Origin: Gammaproteobacteria bacterium
GTDB lineage: Bacteria; Pseudomonadota; Gammaproteobacteria; Ga0077536
DNA length: 64,000 bases
Direction: 5' to 3'
NCBI GenBank assembly: GCA_963662545.2
Contig: CAXXLL010000003.1
Coordinates: forward strand, 96,001 to 160,000
The position numbers and the translations under genes were made by a program. The notes beneath the pieces were generated by a model, which ran no database searches, was not told the DNA's origin, and saw only the letters and a program-made list of their open reading frames with translations. This document shows, in pieces, positions 63,324-64,000 of the stretch (positions within the stretch are counted from its first letter, which is position 1; the number at the start of each line of letters is the position of its first letter).

Positions 63324-64000
63324 ATGACCGACATCCACTATCTGACGCTCATCGAGTTGTCGAAAAAATTGCAAGCGCGCGAGCTCTCGTCTGTCGAAGT
63401 GACGCGCCACATGCTGGCGCGGATCGAGGCGCTCGATGGCGCGCTCCGGAGCTATGTCACGAGCATGGCGGATGTCGCCCTCGCCCAAGCCGAGCAGGCG
63501 GATGCCGAGATCGGCCGGGGTGAATGCCGCGGGCCACTGCACGGCGTGCCCTTCGGTCTGAAGGATCTGTGCGCCACCAAGGACGCACCCACCCATGTCG
63601 GCTCGTTCGCGAACCGCGATTGGAATCCGGGCGTCGACTGCACGGTCGTGGCCAAGCTCCGTGAGGCGGGCGCCGTGTTCCTCGGCAAACTGCAGTTGAC
63701 CGAAGGCGCTTATGGCGTCCATCACCCCGACATCTCGCCGCCCGTCAATCCGTGGCATGCGGACTATTGGACGGGTGTCTCCTCGAGCGGCTCGGGCGTC
63801 GCGACCGCGGCCGGGCTCTGCTTCGGCTCGCTCGGCACCGACACCGGCGGTTCGATCCGCTCGCCGGCCCATTGCAACGGCCTTACCGGGCTCAAGCAGA
63901 CCTGGGGCCGCGTGAGTCGCGCCGGTGCGTTCGCGCTCTCCGAATCCCTCGATCACATCGGTCCGCTGGCGCGGTCAAGTGTCGATGCCGCCGCCATTTT
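63324..64000 (+). CDS. Amidase-signature enzyme (partial, runs off window)
   Basis: Hand translation after RBS AGGAGG: GPLHGVPFGLKDL, GVSSSGS, GTDTGGSIR. Confidence 0.92.
   Translation, partial: MTDIHYLTLIELSKKLQARELSSVEVTRHMLARIEALDGALRSYVTSMADVALAQAEQADAEIGRGECRGPLHGVPFGLKDLCATKDAPTHVGSFANRDWNPGVDCTVVAKLREAGAVFLGKLQLTEGAYGVHHPDISPPVNPWHADYWTGVSSSGSGVATAAGLCFGSLGTDTGGSIRSPAHCNGLTGLKQTWGRVSRAGAFALSESLDHIGPLARSSVDAAAI

Noticed and set aside
63207-63956. 249-aa minus-strand ORF
   Set aside because: Antisense to a clear amidase that the track missed because it runs off the window

Overview
GC-rich proteobacterial DNA, probably Gammaproteobacteria, judged from the thrS-infC-rpmI-rplT-pheST-ihfA-merR-tRNA-Pro and uvrB/aminotransferase/tRNA-Asn synteny. 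The left ~42 kb is an exosortase A (XrtA/PEP-CTERM)-type exopolysaccharide/glycosylation locus. It encodes sugar aminotransferases, an epimerase, glycosyltransferases, flippases, an ACP with hydrolases 1/2 and a decarboxylase, a GNAT, methyl- and sulfotransferases and an asnB-like amidotransferase. The locus is visibly decaying: about ten genes are truncated or frameshifted, and an IS21 and a passenger-carrying IS1-family element each join two unrelated broken genes. It also holds a RAYT/REP locus with two toxin-antitoxin modules, one with an integron-cassette-like signature, and a NoeA-like kinase-methyltransferase / small YLDPG membrane peptide / sulfatase-superfamily trio of unknown function. 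The right ~22 kb is mostly intact housekeeping DNA: a glrR-like regulator, glmS, tRNA-Pro with tRNA-linked structured repeats, the translation cluster, an RND pump, uvrB, an aminotransferase, tRNA-Asn, a SnoaL-like gene and a partial amidase. All family assignments come from motif recognition by eye; no searches were run.
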